Source of the DNA: Candidatus Latescibacterota bacterium
GTDB lineage: Bacteria > Latescibacterota > UBA2968 > UBA8231
Assembly: GCA_964291625.2 (NCBI GenBank)
Contig: OZ220089.1
Coordinates: 3,584,001-3,648,000 of the forward strand
Length of the DNA stretch: 64,000 bases
Direction: 5' to 3'
Shown here: positions 10,001 through 20,715 of the stretch, one piece after another
Numbering within the stretch: the stretch's first letter is position 1
How the letters are laid out: each line of letters begins with the position of its first letter
Program-made: the position numbers and the translations under genes
Notes under the pieces: generated by a model
Database searches by the model: none
What the model saw: the letters and a program-made list of their open reading frames with translations, nothing else
What the model was told of the DNA's origin: nothing

Positions 10001-11992
10001 GGCTGCCCATGTACCCGCCCGGGGCCGAGGCGACGTGCTCCACCAGCAGGTGGTGGCGGTGGGGCAGGGGGGCGCCGGTGGCCTCGCGCTGGCGCCGCAG
10101 GAAGTCGAGGAGCTGGCCGGCGGCGGTCTCGTCCATGTGATGCCGCTCGGTGAGCCGCTCCCGGAAGGCGGGGCTCTCGAGGGAGGCCTCGGCGTCCTCG
10201 AGGAAGCCGCCGATGGCGTTGGAGAAGTGGAAGTCGCGGTTGGCGCCCTCCCCCTTCCAGAAGGGCAGGTCCACGGTGCGGGCCGGCGCCGGGCTCACGA
10301 GGACGTCGTTGTGGGTGATCTTGCGGATCGTCCAGTTCTGGGTGCCCAGGGTGAAGGACTGCCCCTCGGACGACTCCCACACGAACTCCTCGTCCAGCTC
10401 GCCCAGCTTCGCGCCCGAGTCCTCCAGGCGCAGGTTGAAAAGGCCGCGGTCGGGGATCGTCCCGCCCGACATGTAGAGCTGGCTCATCGCCCCCCGGCGC
10501 GCCGCCACCGTGTTGTCCAGGCGGTCCACCGTGAGGCGCGGCCTCAGGTCGCGCACGCGGCTGCCGGCGTAGCGGCCGGCGAGCATGTCGACGACCAGGT
10601 CGAACTGCCGGCGGGCCAGGTGGCGGTAGGGGAAGCTGGCGCGGACCTCGTCGTAGAGCTCGTCGAGGTCCCAGCTCTCGGTGCCGGCCATGGAGACGAG
10701 CACCTGGGCGAGGACGTCGAGGGCGGCGGTGACGGGGTGGATCTCCTCGATGTCGTGGGCGTCGATCTGCGCTGCCAGGACCGCCGCCTCGAGGAAGTCG
10801 TGGCCGTGGGTGGGATAGAGGGTGGCCTTGCTCACCTCGCCGACCTGGTGGCCGGCGCGGCCGGCGCGCTGCACGGCGGAGGAGACCGAGGGCGGCGACT
10901 GCACGAGGACGACCTCGTCGAGGGCGCCGATGTCGATGCCCATCTCCAGGGAGTTGGTGGCCACGATCGCCTTGAGCCCGCCCTCCTTCAGGCGGCGCTC
11001 CACGACCTCGCGGATCTCGCGCGACAGGGAGCCGTGATGGGCATAGGCCAGGGGCTGCTCGCGGCCGTCGTTGAGGAAGCGGGTGATCTTCTCGCACAGG
11101 CGGCGGGCGTTGACGAAGAGCAGGGTCGAGCGGTTGCCGGCGATGATCTCCTCGAAGGCCTCGGCCATGGCCGGCCAGATCGAGTCGTCCTGGTTCTCCC
11201 CCTCCGCGTCGGCGGCCTCGGGGTAGCGCACGGAGACGTCGTAGCGCTTGGACGCCGCCGAGCGCAGGACCGCCACCGGCCGCGGCTCGTAGCGGGCGCC
11301 GCCCCGCCCCGGCAGCCGCCGGAAGCCGCCGACGAAGGCCGCCACCCGGTCGAGGGGCCGCACCGTCGCCGACAGGGAGATCCGCTGGAACTCCCCCGAC
11401 AGCCGCACCAGGCGGTCGACGGCGGTGATCAGGTGGACGCCGCGCTTGCTGCCGACGACGGCGTGGATCTCGTCGAGGATGACGCACCGCAGGCCGGTGA
11501 GCAGGCCGCGCCCCCCTGGGAGGAGAGCAGCAGGTTCAGCGACTCCGGGGTGGTGATGAGGATCTCCGGCGGCTGGCGCAGCATGCGGCGCCGGTCCTCC
11601 TGGGGCGTGTCCCCGGAGCGGGTGAGGGCGCGGATCGCGGGGAAGGGCTCGCCGGCGGCCTGGAAGCGCTGCTGCAGCTCCTCCAGCGGCCCCAGGAGGT
11701 TGCGCTGGATGTCGTTGTTGAGCGCCTTCAGGGGCGAGACGTAGAGGACGCTGGTGGCGCCCTCGGGCCAGTCGCCGCGGACCAGCCGGTCGAGGGCCCA
11801 GAGGAAGGCGGTGAGGGTTTTGCCGGAGCCGGTGGGCGCGGTGACCAGCAGGTGCTCGCCGGCGGCGATGCGCGGCCAGGCGGCGGCCTGCACGTCAGTC
11901 GGCTCGCCGACGCGCTCGGCGAACCAGCGGCGCACCAGGGGGTGGAACAGCTCGAGGGCTTCCTTCGCCCCCGGGGGCGCGGCGCCGCTCAC
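7065..11992 (-). CDS. lhr: Lhr-family DEAH-box helicase; one-base frameshift in the C6 run at 11511-11516
   Basis: APTGSGKT, ITTPESL, then in the shifted frame ILDEIH, SAT, HHGSLS, ATNSLEMGIDIG, QRAGRAGH; C-terminal Lhr domain (LLDRYGVLFRE); GTG at 11992 overlaps upstream stop. Confidence 0.85.
8600..9030 (-). repeat. Imperfect in-frame repeats (51-bp and 225-bp periods) encoding an acidic Gly/Glu/Pro-rich insert in Lhr
   Basis: Near-identical segments at 8834/8885 and 8711/8936; peptides EEGPGVEPGNG.ARG and EGPEVPS.EVA.RAAADAE each occur twice. Confidence 0.75.
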
Positions 11993-12828
11993 GGGGCCGC
12001 CAGGCGCGCCGCCTCGACGACGGCGCGGAACTCGTCGATGCCGGTGCCCACGCCCCGCACCCAGCGGTTGATCCACTCCTTCATGGCCACGGTGACCACG
12101 TGCTCCCGCTCCGGCTTCCCCTTCTCCCACGGGGCCACCGGCCACACGGCGTGGCCCTGCTTGTCGCAGAGCTGGTGGCGGCGGTCGTTCAGCCTCAGGC
12201 GCAGGCGCCGGCCGTCCAGCCACTGCGGGGTCAGGCGCGGCTGGAAGGTGGCGGCGCCGGTGCCGTCGTGGCACTCGAAGAGCCAGGCCTCGACGTCGCA
12301 GCCGGGCAGGGCCAGCGGCTCCCGGAGGCGCGCCCGGTGCAGGAAGCGGGAGTCGAACACGGTCATCTCGAAGCGCATCCGCGGCGCCTGCCGCAGTCCC
12401 AGCTGGTGGGCGAAGGCGCCGCCGTACCCGGGCACGCAGCCCTCGAAGGACTCGCCCCACAGCTCGGAGGTCGCCGCGGCCGGGTCGAGGGCCAGACCGT
12501 GGCGTCGCAGGTGCGCCAGGATCTCCTCCCTCAGCCTCCGGTAGTACTCGTCCAGACCGCCGCTCTCGGGGAAGGGGCTCCGCAGTTGCAGGGCGCCGCC
12601 CTCGCCGAGGGACTCGGCCGCCGCGTCGCGCAGGTACCCCGGCCCCCCGAGCTGCACGAAGAGCGCGCCCCCGCCCCGTCCGGCGAGATCGGCCAGCCAG
12701 CGCGCCTTCACCTCCTTCTCCCTCTCGAGGAAGAGCTGCATCCCCTCCCGCCGGATGCGCTCCGCCTCGATCGGCTCGTAGCAGCACGGGTGGATGAGGA
12801 AGATCAGATGCTCCACGGGCGCGGGCAT
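11989..12828 (-). CDS. Hypothetical protein
   Basis: Coherent ORF MPAPVEHLIFLIHPCCYE..., translationally coupled to lhr. Confidence 0.65.
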   Translation of the reverse strand: MPAPVEHLIFLIHPCCYEPIEAERIRREGMQLFLEREKEVKARWLADLAGRGGGALFVQLGGPGYLRDAAAESLGEGGALQLRSPFPESGGLDEYYRRLREEILAHLRRHGLALDPAAATSELWGESFEGCVPGYGGAFAHQLGLRQAPRMRFEMTVFDSRFLHRARLREPLALPGCDVEAWLFECHDGTGAATFQPRLTPQWLDGRRLRLRLNDRRHQLCDKQGHAVWPVAPWEKGKPEREHVVTVAMKEWINRWVRGVGTGIDEFRAVVEAARLAAP

Positions 12829-12879
12829 GGTCCTCACATCCTATTGCCAGGATCGAACCGCCGCCACAGGTTGAGGCCC

Positions 12880-14346
12880 ATGTCGACGACGCTCGTGCCC
12901 GCGCCCACGTCGGTGCTGCGCCTCGGCCACGCCCAGGGCGACATCACCCCGCCCGCGGGCATCTACCACCGCATGTGGGGCGCCGCCCGCCACGACCGCG
13001 CCACCGGCGTCCACCGGCCGCTGCTGGCGGACGTCCTCGTCCTCGAGCCCTTGGACCGGCCGGAGGAGCGCCTGGTGCGCGTGCAGCTCGACCACGTGCT
13101 GCTCGAGGACGGACAGACCGACGCGGCGGTGGCCGGCCTGGTGAAAGCCGCCGGCGTCGACCGCGACCGCGTCCACGTCACCTTCTCCCACACCCACGCC
13201 GCCGGGTTCCTCACGCGCGACCGTATCCCCCTGCCCGGAGGGGAGCACATCGAGCCCTACCTCGCCGGGCTCGGAGAAACCCTCGCCTCCCTCGCCCGGG
13301 CCGCCGTGGAGGACCTGGACGAGGCCGTGGTCACCTACGCCGAGGGCCGCTGCACCATGGCCGCCAACCGCGACTACCACGACGAGGAGCGCCGCCTCCG
13401 GGTCACCGGCTTCAACCCCGACGAGGCCGCCGACGACCTGGTGGTGACGGCGCGGGTCACCGCCCCCGACGGCACGCCCCGCCTGCACCTCGTGCACTAC
13501 GCCTGCCACCCCACGACCCTGTCGTGGGACAACAGCCTCCTGAGCCCGGACTTCGTCGGCGCCGCCCGCGAGGTGGTGAGCGACCACACGGGCACGCCCT
13601 GCGTCTACTTCCAGGGCCCGTGCGGCGAGCTGGGCCCCCGGGACGGATTCACGGGCGACACCGAGGTGGCCGACCGCAACGGCCGGCAGCTGGGCTTCGC
13701 CGCCCTGTCGGCCCTCGTCGGCCTGGGTCCGGCGGGACACGACTTCGCCTACCAGGGTCCGGTGCTCTCCGGCGCCACCATCGGCACCTGGGCGTGGACT
13801 CCCTTCGAGGACCCCCGCGCCGAGTCGGTGCGCCGCTGGTCCGGCGGAAACCACCAGGTCGACCTGCCCCTCAAGCCGCTGCCCGACGCAGATCAGCTTC
13901 GGTCGGATCTCGACCGCCACACGGGGGAGCAGGCTCGCGCCGACGCCGCCGGCGACACCCTGGCGGCCCGGGATGCCGGCGCGCGCGCCGAGCGCTGCCG
14001 CCGCTGGCTGCGGAGGCTGGCCGAGCTGCCCCCGGGGGACCGCTGTCCCTACCGGTTCTCGTTCCACGAGATGGGGGACGCCCTCTGGATCACCTGCGCC
14101 GCCGAGCCCTACAGCGTGCTGGCCGCGGAACTGCGGCGGCGGTTCCCCGAGCGGCCGGTGCTGATCTCGCCGGTGGCCGGGACCCCGCAGCTGGCCTACC
14201 TGCTGCCGCGGGACCGCTACGGCCTCGGGCTCTACCAGGAGGAGCCCTCGTGCCTGGCGCCCGGCTGCCTGGAGGCGGTCCTCGAAGCGATGACCGACGC
14301 CGTGCAGGAGCTCACCGGTTCCCGGGCGGTTCGTCCCGACGGGTAG
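12880..14346 (+). CDS. Neutral/alkaline ceramidase-like hydrolase
   Basis: DITPP, SHTHAA, NR, YACHPT, SPDFVG, FQGPCGE motifs. Confidence 0.8.
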   Translation: MSTTLVPAPTSVLRLGHAQGDITPPAGIYHRMWGAARHDRATGVHRPLLADVLVLEPLDRPEERLVRVQLDHVLLEDGQTDAAVAGLVKAAGVDRDRVHVTFSHTHAAGFLTRDRIPLPGGEHIEPYLAGLGETLASLARAAVEDLDEAVVTYAEGRCTMAANRDYHDEERRLRVTGFNPDEAADDLVVTARVTAPDGTPRLHLVHYACHPTTLSWDNSLLSPDFVGAAREVVSDHTGTPCVYFQGPCGELGPRDGFTGDTEVADRNGRQLGFAALSALVGLGPAGHDFAYQGPVLSGATIGTWAWTPFEDPRAESVRRWSGGNHQVDLPLKPLPDADQLRSDLDRHTGEQARADAAGDTLAARDAGARAERCRRWLRRLAELPPGDRCPYRFSFHEMGDALWITCAAEPYSVLAAELRRRFPERPVLISPVAGTPQLAYLLPRDRYGLGLYQEEPSCLAPGCLEAVLEAMTDAVQELTGSRAVRPDG

Positions 14347-14471
14347 CGGGCGGGACCGGTCCAACAACAACCGGCGGTGCCGCCGGGTCGCGGCGGGCTC
14401 ACCGGCGCCCGGCCGCTCGACAAGGGAATCCGCCCCGGCGGGCGTCGCCGGCGCACCAGGAGGAGAAGCCT

Positions 14472-15614
14472 GTGAACCTCGAGGAGATCCGCGCCCACTA
14501 CCCCGGCCTCGGCCGGGGGATCCAGCTCAACACCGGCGGCGTCGGGCTGCCGTCGAGGCAGGTGCACGCGGCCGTCCAGGCCGGCTTCGACCAGCTCTAC
14601 GAGGAGCACGTGCCGCCCATCGAGTGGTATACCCTCACGCGCCAGGCGGCCGACACGGCGCGGGCGAAGCTGGCCGCTTTCGTCGGGGCGGCGGAGAGCG
14701 AGATTACCCTCACCGTGAGTACCGCCGACGGCCTCGCGTCAGTCATCGGCGGCATGTCCTGGGAGCCGGGGGACGAGGTGCTGATCACCAGCGAGGAGCA
14801 CCCGGTGCCGCACCAGGCCGTCCTCGGCCTGAAGGAGCGCTACGGCGTCGTCCTCAAGAGCGTGGAGATCGACCACGATCCCGCCGTGGTGGTGGAGCGC
14901 ACGGGGGAGGCCCTGACGCCGCGGACACGCCTGATCTGCATGAGCCACGTCACCACCGACACCGGGCTGGTGATGCCGGCGGAGGAGATCTGCCGGCTGG
15001 CCCGGGAGCGCGGCGTCCCCACCCTGTGGGACGGCTGCCACGCCGTAGCCCAGATCCCCGTGAACCTCCGGGAGATGGGCTGCGACTACTACGCCTCGAA
15101 CTGCTACAAATGGATGCTCGGCCCCATCGGGACGGGCTTCCTCTACGTCAGCGTCGAGGCGCGCCAGGGCCTGAAGCCCCTCCTCCGTCCCCACGACCCC
15201 GAGGCCGGCGCCGCCCAGTACATCACCAGCACCCCCTCCTACGCCCTCTACGCCGGCGTGGCGGCGAGCCTCGACCTCATGGAGAGCATCGGCGGCGTCG
15301 AGGCGATCCAGCGGGAGTCCGCCCGCAAGGCGGAGGACCTCAAGGCGAGGCTGGACGCGGTGGCCGGGGTCTTGGTGCTCAGCTCACGGCGCCCCGACTC
15401 GCAGACCGGCACCGTGACCTTCGCCATCGAAGGCGTCGACGGCGGCCAGGTCTCGACGGCGCTGAAGGAGCGCTGGCAGATCGTGCAGCGGGCCACCTAC
15501 CTGACCGACCCGAGCGGCGTCCGGATCTCGGTGGCGTTCTACATCAGCGAGGCGGAACTGGATGCGCTGGTGGAGGCGGTGAAGGTGCTGGCGGCGGGGG
15601 CGGGGTGGGGGTGA
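14472..15614 (+). CDS. Class V PLP-dependent aminotransferase (cysteine desulfurase/isopenicillin-N epimerase-like)
   Basis: EEHP, SHVT..TG, DGCH, YKWMLGP.GTG; GTG after AGGAG. Confidence 0.85.
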   Translation: MNLEEIRAHYPGLGRGIQLNTGGVGLPSRQVHAAVQAGFDQLYEEHVPPIEWYTLTRQAADTARAKLAAFVGAAESEITLTVSTADGLASVIGGMSWEPGDEVLITSEEHPVPHQAVLGLKERYGVVLKSVEIDHDPAVVVERTGEALTPRTRLICMSHVTTDTGLVMPAEEICRLARERGVPTLWDGCHAVAQIPVNLREMGCDYYASNCYKWMLGPIGTGFLYVSVEARQGLKPLLRPHDPEAGAAQYITSTPSYALYAGVAASLDLMESIGGVEAIQRESARKAEDLKARLDAVAGVLVLSSRRPDSQTGTVTFAIEGVDGGQVSTALKERWQIVQRATYLTDPSGVRISVAFYISEAELDALVEAVKVLAAGAGWG

Positions 15615-15629
15615 GGTCCGGGGGTGGAG

Positions 15630-16694
15630 TCAGGTTCGGTGGCTGTCGATGAGATCGGCGACTTCTCGGAGACGGTTCGCGACGGCCTTGAGCACGTCGT
15701 CGTACTCGACTCCGGTCGGGAGGGCAATGGGCACGAGGAGCGCCTGATTTTCTTCCAGGCACCCGGGCGGGTCGGTACGCTTGAGCGGCTCAAGGGCCCT
15801 GCGCGTTTCCGGCCAGCGGGCTTTGTGCCGCTCATCTCGCCATTGCTCGAAGAAGAGCCAGAGAGGGGTATCCGGATAGGCCCCCCGGGCCCACCAGTTC
15901 TGGCCGATGCCAAACCAGGCGCCCGCGCCTTTCAACGAGAGATACCGTCCATAGCCACGAGCGAGCGGGGTGACAATCAACCCCTTGATGTTGGCATGGC
16001 CTTGGGCCACGGCGCGCTCCGTGGCATCGTCCACGAGACGGCGCAGGCTGAGCAGCCGACGGGGGATCTCCGGCGCCAGTTCCTCCGGCCGGAGCGGCGG
16101 AAACCCACTCTCGTCATCCACCCGATGTGTCAGACCCCGCAACTGCTGTATCTCGTCTCTTGAGGCGGAATCGGCTGCAGCTTCGAGGCGGGCGAGCAGT
16201 TGCGTCCAGCTGATCAGCACCAGGTGCTTCCCCTCATCGGTCGCGCCGCTCTTGAGGGCAGCCTTGTCGAGGATGGAGAGCAGGCCGTCAGCGCCGGCCC
16301 GGCGGCACAGCTCCGGCCAGAGCGTCTCAAGCCTCGATTCAGGCGCGACGAAGAGAAGTGCCTTGCCTGGGGCCAACCTGTCGAGGTAGGCCTTCGGCTG
16401 GTTGGCAGTGAGCCCGGCCCAGAACTTGGCTTCGATTAGAAGGCACTCCTCGCCTTGTGCATCGAGAGCGACCAGGTCGGGCCGCGTCTCTCCCTCGCCG
16501 CTGACCTGGGTCTGGACCCTGGCAATCGTTCCGACATCCGCTCCCCCATCCCTGAGCAGATCCTCCATCACACGGAGCAACGGCTCGGACTTCAGGATGT
16601 AGCCGAGGGCTTCGACCGCGATGTCTTCGTGACTCTTCGCGAGTTTCCACGCGAGATGGGCGAGTAGTGTGTCGCCCTCAGTCTTGTGTTCCAT
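15630..16694 (-). CDS. PD-(D/E)XK superfamily nuclease-like protein
   Basis: RPDLV...LLIEAKFWAGLTANQP..Y catalytic pattern; AAGGAG SD. Confidence 0.7.
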   Translation of the reverse strand: MEHKTEGDTLLAHLAWKLAKSHEDIAVEALGYILKSEPLLRVMEDLLRDGGADVGTIARVQTQVSGEGETRPDLVALDAQGEECLLIEAKFWAGLTANQPKAYLDRLAPGKALLFVAPESRLETLWPELCRRAGADGLLSILDKAALKSGATDEGKHLVLISWTQLLARLEAAADSASRDEIQQLRGLTHRVDDESGFPPLRPEELAPEIPRRLLSLRRLVDDATERAVAQGHANIKGLIVTPLARGYGRYLSLKGAGAWFGIGQNWWARGAYPDTPLWLFFEQWRDERHKARWPETRRALEPLKRTDPPGCLEENQALLVPIALPTGVEYDDVLKAVANRLREVADLIDSHRT

Positions 16695-16736
16695 TGTGCT
16701 CCTTCACCTCAGCGGGGCCGGCGGAGGACGATCCGT

Positions 16737-19448
16737 TCACCCCTGTGCCCGCGTGTGCAAATCCCTCAGAATCGCCAGGTTCCGCCGGATGTCCCGCGCA
16801 ACCTCGGCGACCTCCTGAGCTACCAGGGGCGTGCGGCCGAGTTCCTGTTCCAGCGCGGTGGTCAACGGCAGGAAGAGCTTCGCTGATGGAGAGCCCTGGA
16901 GAAGCTCGATCATGGGCTCCGGGCCGAGCCTGATGCTGAAGTGCATCAGTTCGTAGGAGCATTCTTCAGGCAGAGTCTCAAACTGGGGAAGGATCTGGAG
17001 GATCTCCTTGATCTCCCTCAGGCAGCAGGTCGGATCACCGCTACGCAGGCTGGCCTTGGCCCGGGTGAGGTGACCGCGCCAGCGGTTCTCCAGCGATTGC
17101 GTGTTGCTCTCGGCGAGCACCCGGCCAGCGGTAGACGCGGCTGCATCGTACCGCCGGCAATCCAGCTCGAGGTCGGCTTTCTCGAGGAGCGCCTGCTCTA
17201 CCCGGCCACGCAGTGAGGGTGAATCATCTCCTCCGAAGCGCCGCACCACTTCCTCCAAGACAGCCAGGCCTTCCTCCTCCCGGTTCTGTTCCCCGAGTGT
17301 CATCCCCTTGTAGGTCAAGGCCACTGCCAGCGGCTCGATGAGGGCGGGGTTCTTGCTCTCACCGAAGCGCTGTATCACCTCCTCATAGGCGGCCAGCTCT
17401 TCCTCCGGTCGGTGCAGCTCGCCAAGTGTGGCGCCCCTGTTGACAAGAGCATTGGCAACCATCTGCAGATTGTCCGGTGTTTCGCTCTCCTCGAATCGGC
17501 GCACCACCTCCTCGTAGACGACCAGCGACTCCTGGGTCCGGCCCAGCGCGCCGAGGGCAGCACCCTTGTTGAGGAGGGCCCTGGCGAGCAACGCCAGATG
17601 TTCCTCCGTTGCGCTCTCTCCGAGCCGCCGTTCCACCTGCTCATACGCGGCCAGTGCCTCCTCCGGTCGGTTCAGGATGGCGAGGGCGACGCCCATGCAG
17701 AAGAGAGCTGCGGCGACCTGCTCAAGAACCTCTGGCAAGGGACACCCGCCGAATCGCCGCACCACCTCCTCAAAGACGGCCAGGGATTCCTCCGTCCGGT
17801 CCAGTTGGGCGAGAGTGACCCCCTTGCTGAGGAGGGCGCCGGTGACCATCTCCACATCCACCTCCGTATCCCCGCCGAATCGCCGTTCCACCTCCCCATA
17901 GGCAGCCAGTGCTTCCTCATGTCCCGCAAGTGCTTCCTCCCATCGGCCCAGTTCTCCAAGAGCCTCCCCTCTGCAGTAGTGGGCTATGGCGACCACTTGG
18001 GAGACCTCGGGTGACCGGCTGTTCCCTAACCGCCGCACGACCTCGTCCCAAGCGGCCAGCGACTCTTCCGGGTCTTTGGCCTGCAGCTCGAACGCTCTGT
18101 GCAACAGCGGCCTCGCAGCCGCCAGCTCTTCGAATTCGTCTTCGGGAAGGAGAGCAAGCAACTCTTCTCGGTGCCTGGCCAGGACCGGCAGTTGCGCCAG
18201 TTGGTCAAGTGCCGTCCAGTACAGCGATCGACGCTCCCCGTCCAGACCGTGCGCCTCCCGGGCGATTCCCTCGCCAATCTCCTTCAACTCGGACCGGGAG
18301 TAGAACGATTCCATGAACTTGATGAGGGCCTGGATCAGGGAATCCGGACCGCCATTGCGGCGCAACAGGTAGTAGATGTTGTACAGGCGCTCGGTCAGGT
18401 AGTACTGCTTGCGCCGGAGGGTGCCGCCCGTCACCTGGACGACGCCCCGCTCGGCGAGGCGGGTGAGCTGGGCGCTGCACTTGCTCGTGTCGACGCGGGA
18501 GCGCTCCGCGATCTCCCTCGTGGTCGCGGGCTTCCACAGGTCGGCCAGCGCTAGGTAGACCCGCCGCTCCTGGGCGGGGAGAGCCTCTATGTGGCCCTTG
18601 AAGTACTCCGTGTGCTCGTCCACGAGATCGAGGAGGTCGTCCATCAGCTCGCGGAAGGAGAGCCCCGCGCCGAAGCGGGCCACGATGGCGACGAGGCGGG
18701 GGCTGCCGCCGGTGAGGATCTCCAGAGGGCGGATCGTCTGGCGCGGGGGAGGCGAGCCGGAGAGCGTTGTCCACAGCTCGGTGCACTCCTCGGTGTGGAG
18801 AGGTTGCAGCGTGCGCACGCGGAACAGGTCGTAGAGGGCGTGGTCCGGTTCGTCGATCTCGGCGAAGCGGCTGGTGGCGCTGGCGAGCAGGATGATGCGC
18901 GGCTCGGTCTGGAGGATCTTGCGCAGCCGCCAGCTGGCGTCGCGGTCCGACATGTCACGGAAAATCGAATTCAGGTTTTCGACCATCAGTACGAGCCGCT
19001 TGCCCTCGCGGTCGGAGAAGTCGAGGAGAGCGCCGAGGCAGCGGTCGCCGAGCGTCTGTTCGTCCCGGATGGTGCGCAGGTCCTCCAGGGTGCGGTGCAA
19101 TTCCGGGGCATCGTCCCCGTCCGGCGCCTGATCCGCCAACCGGGAAAGGGCTTCGAGCCAGAACTCCCCGGCGCTGGTGACCTCGTAGCTCTCCTCGGCG
19201 AAGACGACGGGGAAGAAGTTGCGCGATAACTCCGGATCCCGGCGAACCTCGGCCGCCACGCGCAGGAGCAGGCTGGTCTTGCCGCTGCCGCGCGGGCCGA
19301 TGACGATCTGATGCTGGTTCGACGTGCCGGTGCATCCGCGCAGCATCTCGACCAGGGAGTCGAACTCGGCGGTGCGTACGCAGAACGAGGCCGCCAACTC
19401 CTCGTCGGTGAGGAAGCCCGGGTTGTACTTCCTGACGGGGGCGGTCAT
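16737..19448 (-). CDS. STAND-like P-loop ATPase + winged HTH + TPR array (904 aa)
   Basis: GPRGSGKT Walker A, VLMVEN Walker B, LTGGSPR, wHTH (ATTREIAERSR...CSAQLTRL), many ALxNKG..L..L.R.EE.L..YEEV.RRF TPR repeats; ATGA overlap with upstream gene. Confidence 0.85.
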   Translation of the reverse strand: MTAPVRKYNPGFLTDEELAASFCVRTAEFDSLVEMLRGCTGTSNQHQIVIGPRGSGKTSLLLRVAAEVRRDPELSRNFFPVVFAEESYEVTSAGEFWLEALSRLADQAPDGDDAPELHRTLEDLRTIRDEQTLGDRCLGALLDFSDREGKRLVLMVENLNSIFRDMSDRDASWRLRKILQTEPRIILLASATSRFAEIDEPDHALYDLFRVRTLQPLHTEECTELWTTLSGSPPPRQTIRPLEILTGGSPRLVAIVARFGAGLSFRELMDDLLDLVDEHTEYFKGHIEALPAQERRVYLALADLWKPATTREIAERSRVDTSKCSAQLTRLAERGVVQVTGGTLRRKQYYLTERLYNIYYLLRRNGGPDSLIQALIKFMESFYSRSELKEIGEGIAREAHGLDGERRSLYWTALDQLAQLPVLARHREELLALLPEDEFEELAAARPLLHRAFELQAKDPEESLAAWDEVVRRLGNSRSPEVSQVVAIAHYCRGEALGELGRWEEALAGHEEALAAYGEVERRFGGDTEVDVEMVTGALLSKGVTLAQLDRTEESLAVFEEVVRRFGGCPLPEVLEQVAAALFCMGVALAILNRPEEALAAYEQVERRLGESATEEHLALLARALLNKGAALGALGRTQESLVVYEEVVRRFEESETPDNLQMVANALVNRGATLGELHRPEEELAAYEEVIQRFGESKNPALIEPLAVALTYKGMTLGEQNREEEGLAVLEEVVRRFGGDDSPSLRGRVEQALLEKADLELDCRRYDAAASTAGRVLAESNTQSLENRWRGHLTRAKASLRSGDPTCCLREIKEILQILPQFETLPEECSYELMHFSIRLGPEPMIELLQGSPSAKLFLPLTTALEQELGRTPLVAQEVAEVARDIRRNLAILRDLHTRAQG

Positions 19449-20701
19449 CGCTGCGCGAGGGGGACGAAGTGCCCGCCGTGCCGGCCGCGCCACCAGTCTT
19501 CGAGCAGGCCGGAAACAAACCGGTAGCCGTCTCCGTGCCGCTCCAGGTACCCATCGTGTTCGAGCACGCGGAGCACGTCTTCGAGTGGGACCGGATCCGC
19601 CTCCGCCTCGTCCTTGGAGCCGCCTTGGAGATACTCGTGATACCGGCGGATCGTATCGCCACTCAGCAAGCCGTCATTGACGGCGGCTTCGGTCAGAATC
19701 TCCAGGGCGATCCGATACCCCTCCCTTCCGAGCACCATCCTCAGCCGGCCCTCGTAGTGCTCCAGGTCCATCTGCCCGCGGACGCCGAGCATCTCGTTGG
19801 TGTACACGCGCTCCACGTCTTCCATCGTGGCTTCGCGCCGGCCGGTGCGGCGCAGGTCGTCGTGGAGGTTGTCGAAGAACTGCTGCACGTGATGGGGGAT
19901 CAGACACCGCAGCCGCCGGCACATCTCCCGGCGGATGTCGAGGGGAAGGTCGAGGCCGTAGGTCCGAGCCAGTTCCGCGAGGCAGGCGGCTGCCGTCTCC
20001 TCGTCCCAGGGCTTCAGGTCGAAGGCCGAGTGGATGTTGGCGTGAGCGCTGAGCCCCGCCTGTTCCAGGATCGGCTCCAGGCTGACACTGCCGGCGAGGA
20101 TCAGGATGACCCGGTCCCGATGGGTCTGGCCGTTCTTGCGGAGCCAGGCCATGAACTCGTCCACCGCCTGCCGCCGCTCCGGGGTGATGCGGTGGTCAGG
20201 CCCCTTGAGCAGCCTGTTCACGAGGATCGGCAGCTCGTCGATGGCCAGCACCACAGGCCGGTCGCTCTCGGCCAGGGCGGCGAAGACCTCGTCCCCCTTC
20301 TGGCGCCAGCTTCCGGCGTCGATCCCAGCGCGGAGCTTGACCTGGATCTCACCGACGGCCACCGAGTCGACTCGATCGCCGATGTCTCTCAGGGTGTTGG
20401 CGAATCCGGCCTTGATTCCCGGCCAGGCGCCCCTCACCGACCTTGACCGGGCCCCGATCTCGGCGATGGCGTCGGCCGGGGCGACGGCGTCCTCCAGATC
20501 GACGAAGACCGTCTCGAAGCGGCCATCTTCGTCCAGGCGGCGCAGCAGCTCCCGGACAAGGCTCGTCTTTCCCATCCGCCGCTGGGCTGTCAGCAGGGTA
20601 TGCGTGCCGTTCCTGACCCGCTCGGCCAGGGCTTCGAGCTCCACCTCCCGGTCGAAGAACCGGTCCCCGTCCACCCAGTTGGCCCCTGCTTTCCTCAGCA
20701 T
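19445..20701 (-). CDS. AAA/archaeal-type P-loop ATPase (418 aa) with C-terminal winged-helix-like region
   Basis: FFDREVE, AQRRMGKTS Walker A, LAIDELP Walker B, LILAGS; C-terminal L..LEHDGYL...GYRF. Confidence 0.85.
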   Translation of the reverse strand: MLRKAGANWVDGDRFFDREVELEALAERVRNGTHTLLTAQRRMGKTSLVRELLRRLDEDGRFETVFVDLEDAVAPADAIAEIGARSRSVRGAWPGIKAGFANTLRDIGDRVDSVAVGEIQVKLRAGIDAGSWRQKGDEVFAALAESDRPVVLAIDELPILVNRLLKGPDHRITPERRQAVDEFMAWLRKNGQTHRDRVILILAGSVSLEPILEQAGLSAHANIHSAFDLKPWDEETAAACLAELARTYGLDLPLDIRREMCRRLRCLIPHHVQQFFDNLHDDLRRTGRREATMEDVERVYTNEMLGVRGQMDLEHYEGRLRMVLGREGYRIALEILTEAAVNDGLLSGDTIRRYHEYLQGGSKDEAEADPVPLEDVLRVLEHDGYLERHGDGYRFVSGLLEDWWRGRHGGHFVPLAQR

Positions 20702-20715
20702 CTCCGTGCCCTTCC

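Noticed and set aside
6912-11744. 1610-aa plus-strand ORF and similar long ORFs (21-1817, 2507-4156, 51150-55487, 59289-61691)
   Set aside because: Antisense/shadow frames of real genes in high-GC DNA; no motifs and biased Arg/Gly/Pro composition
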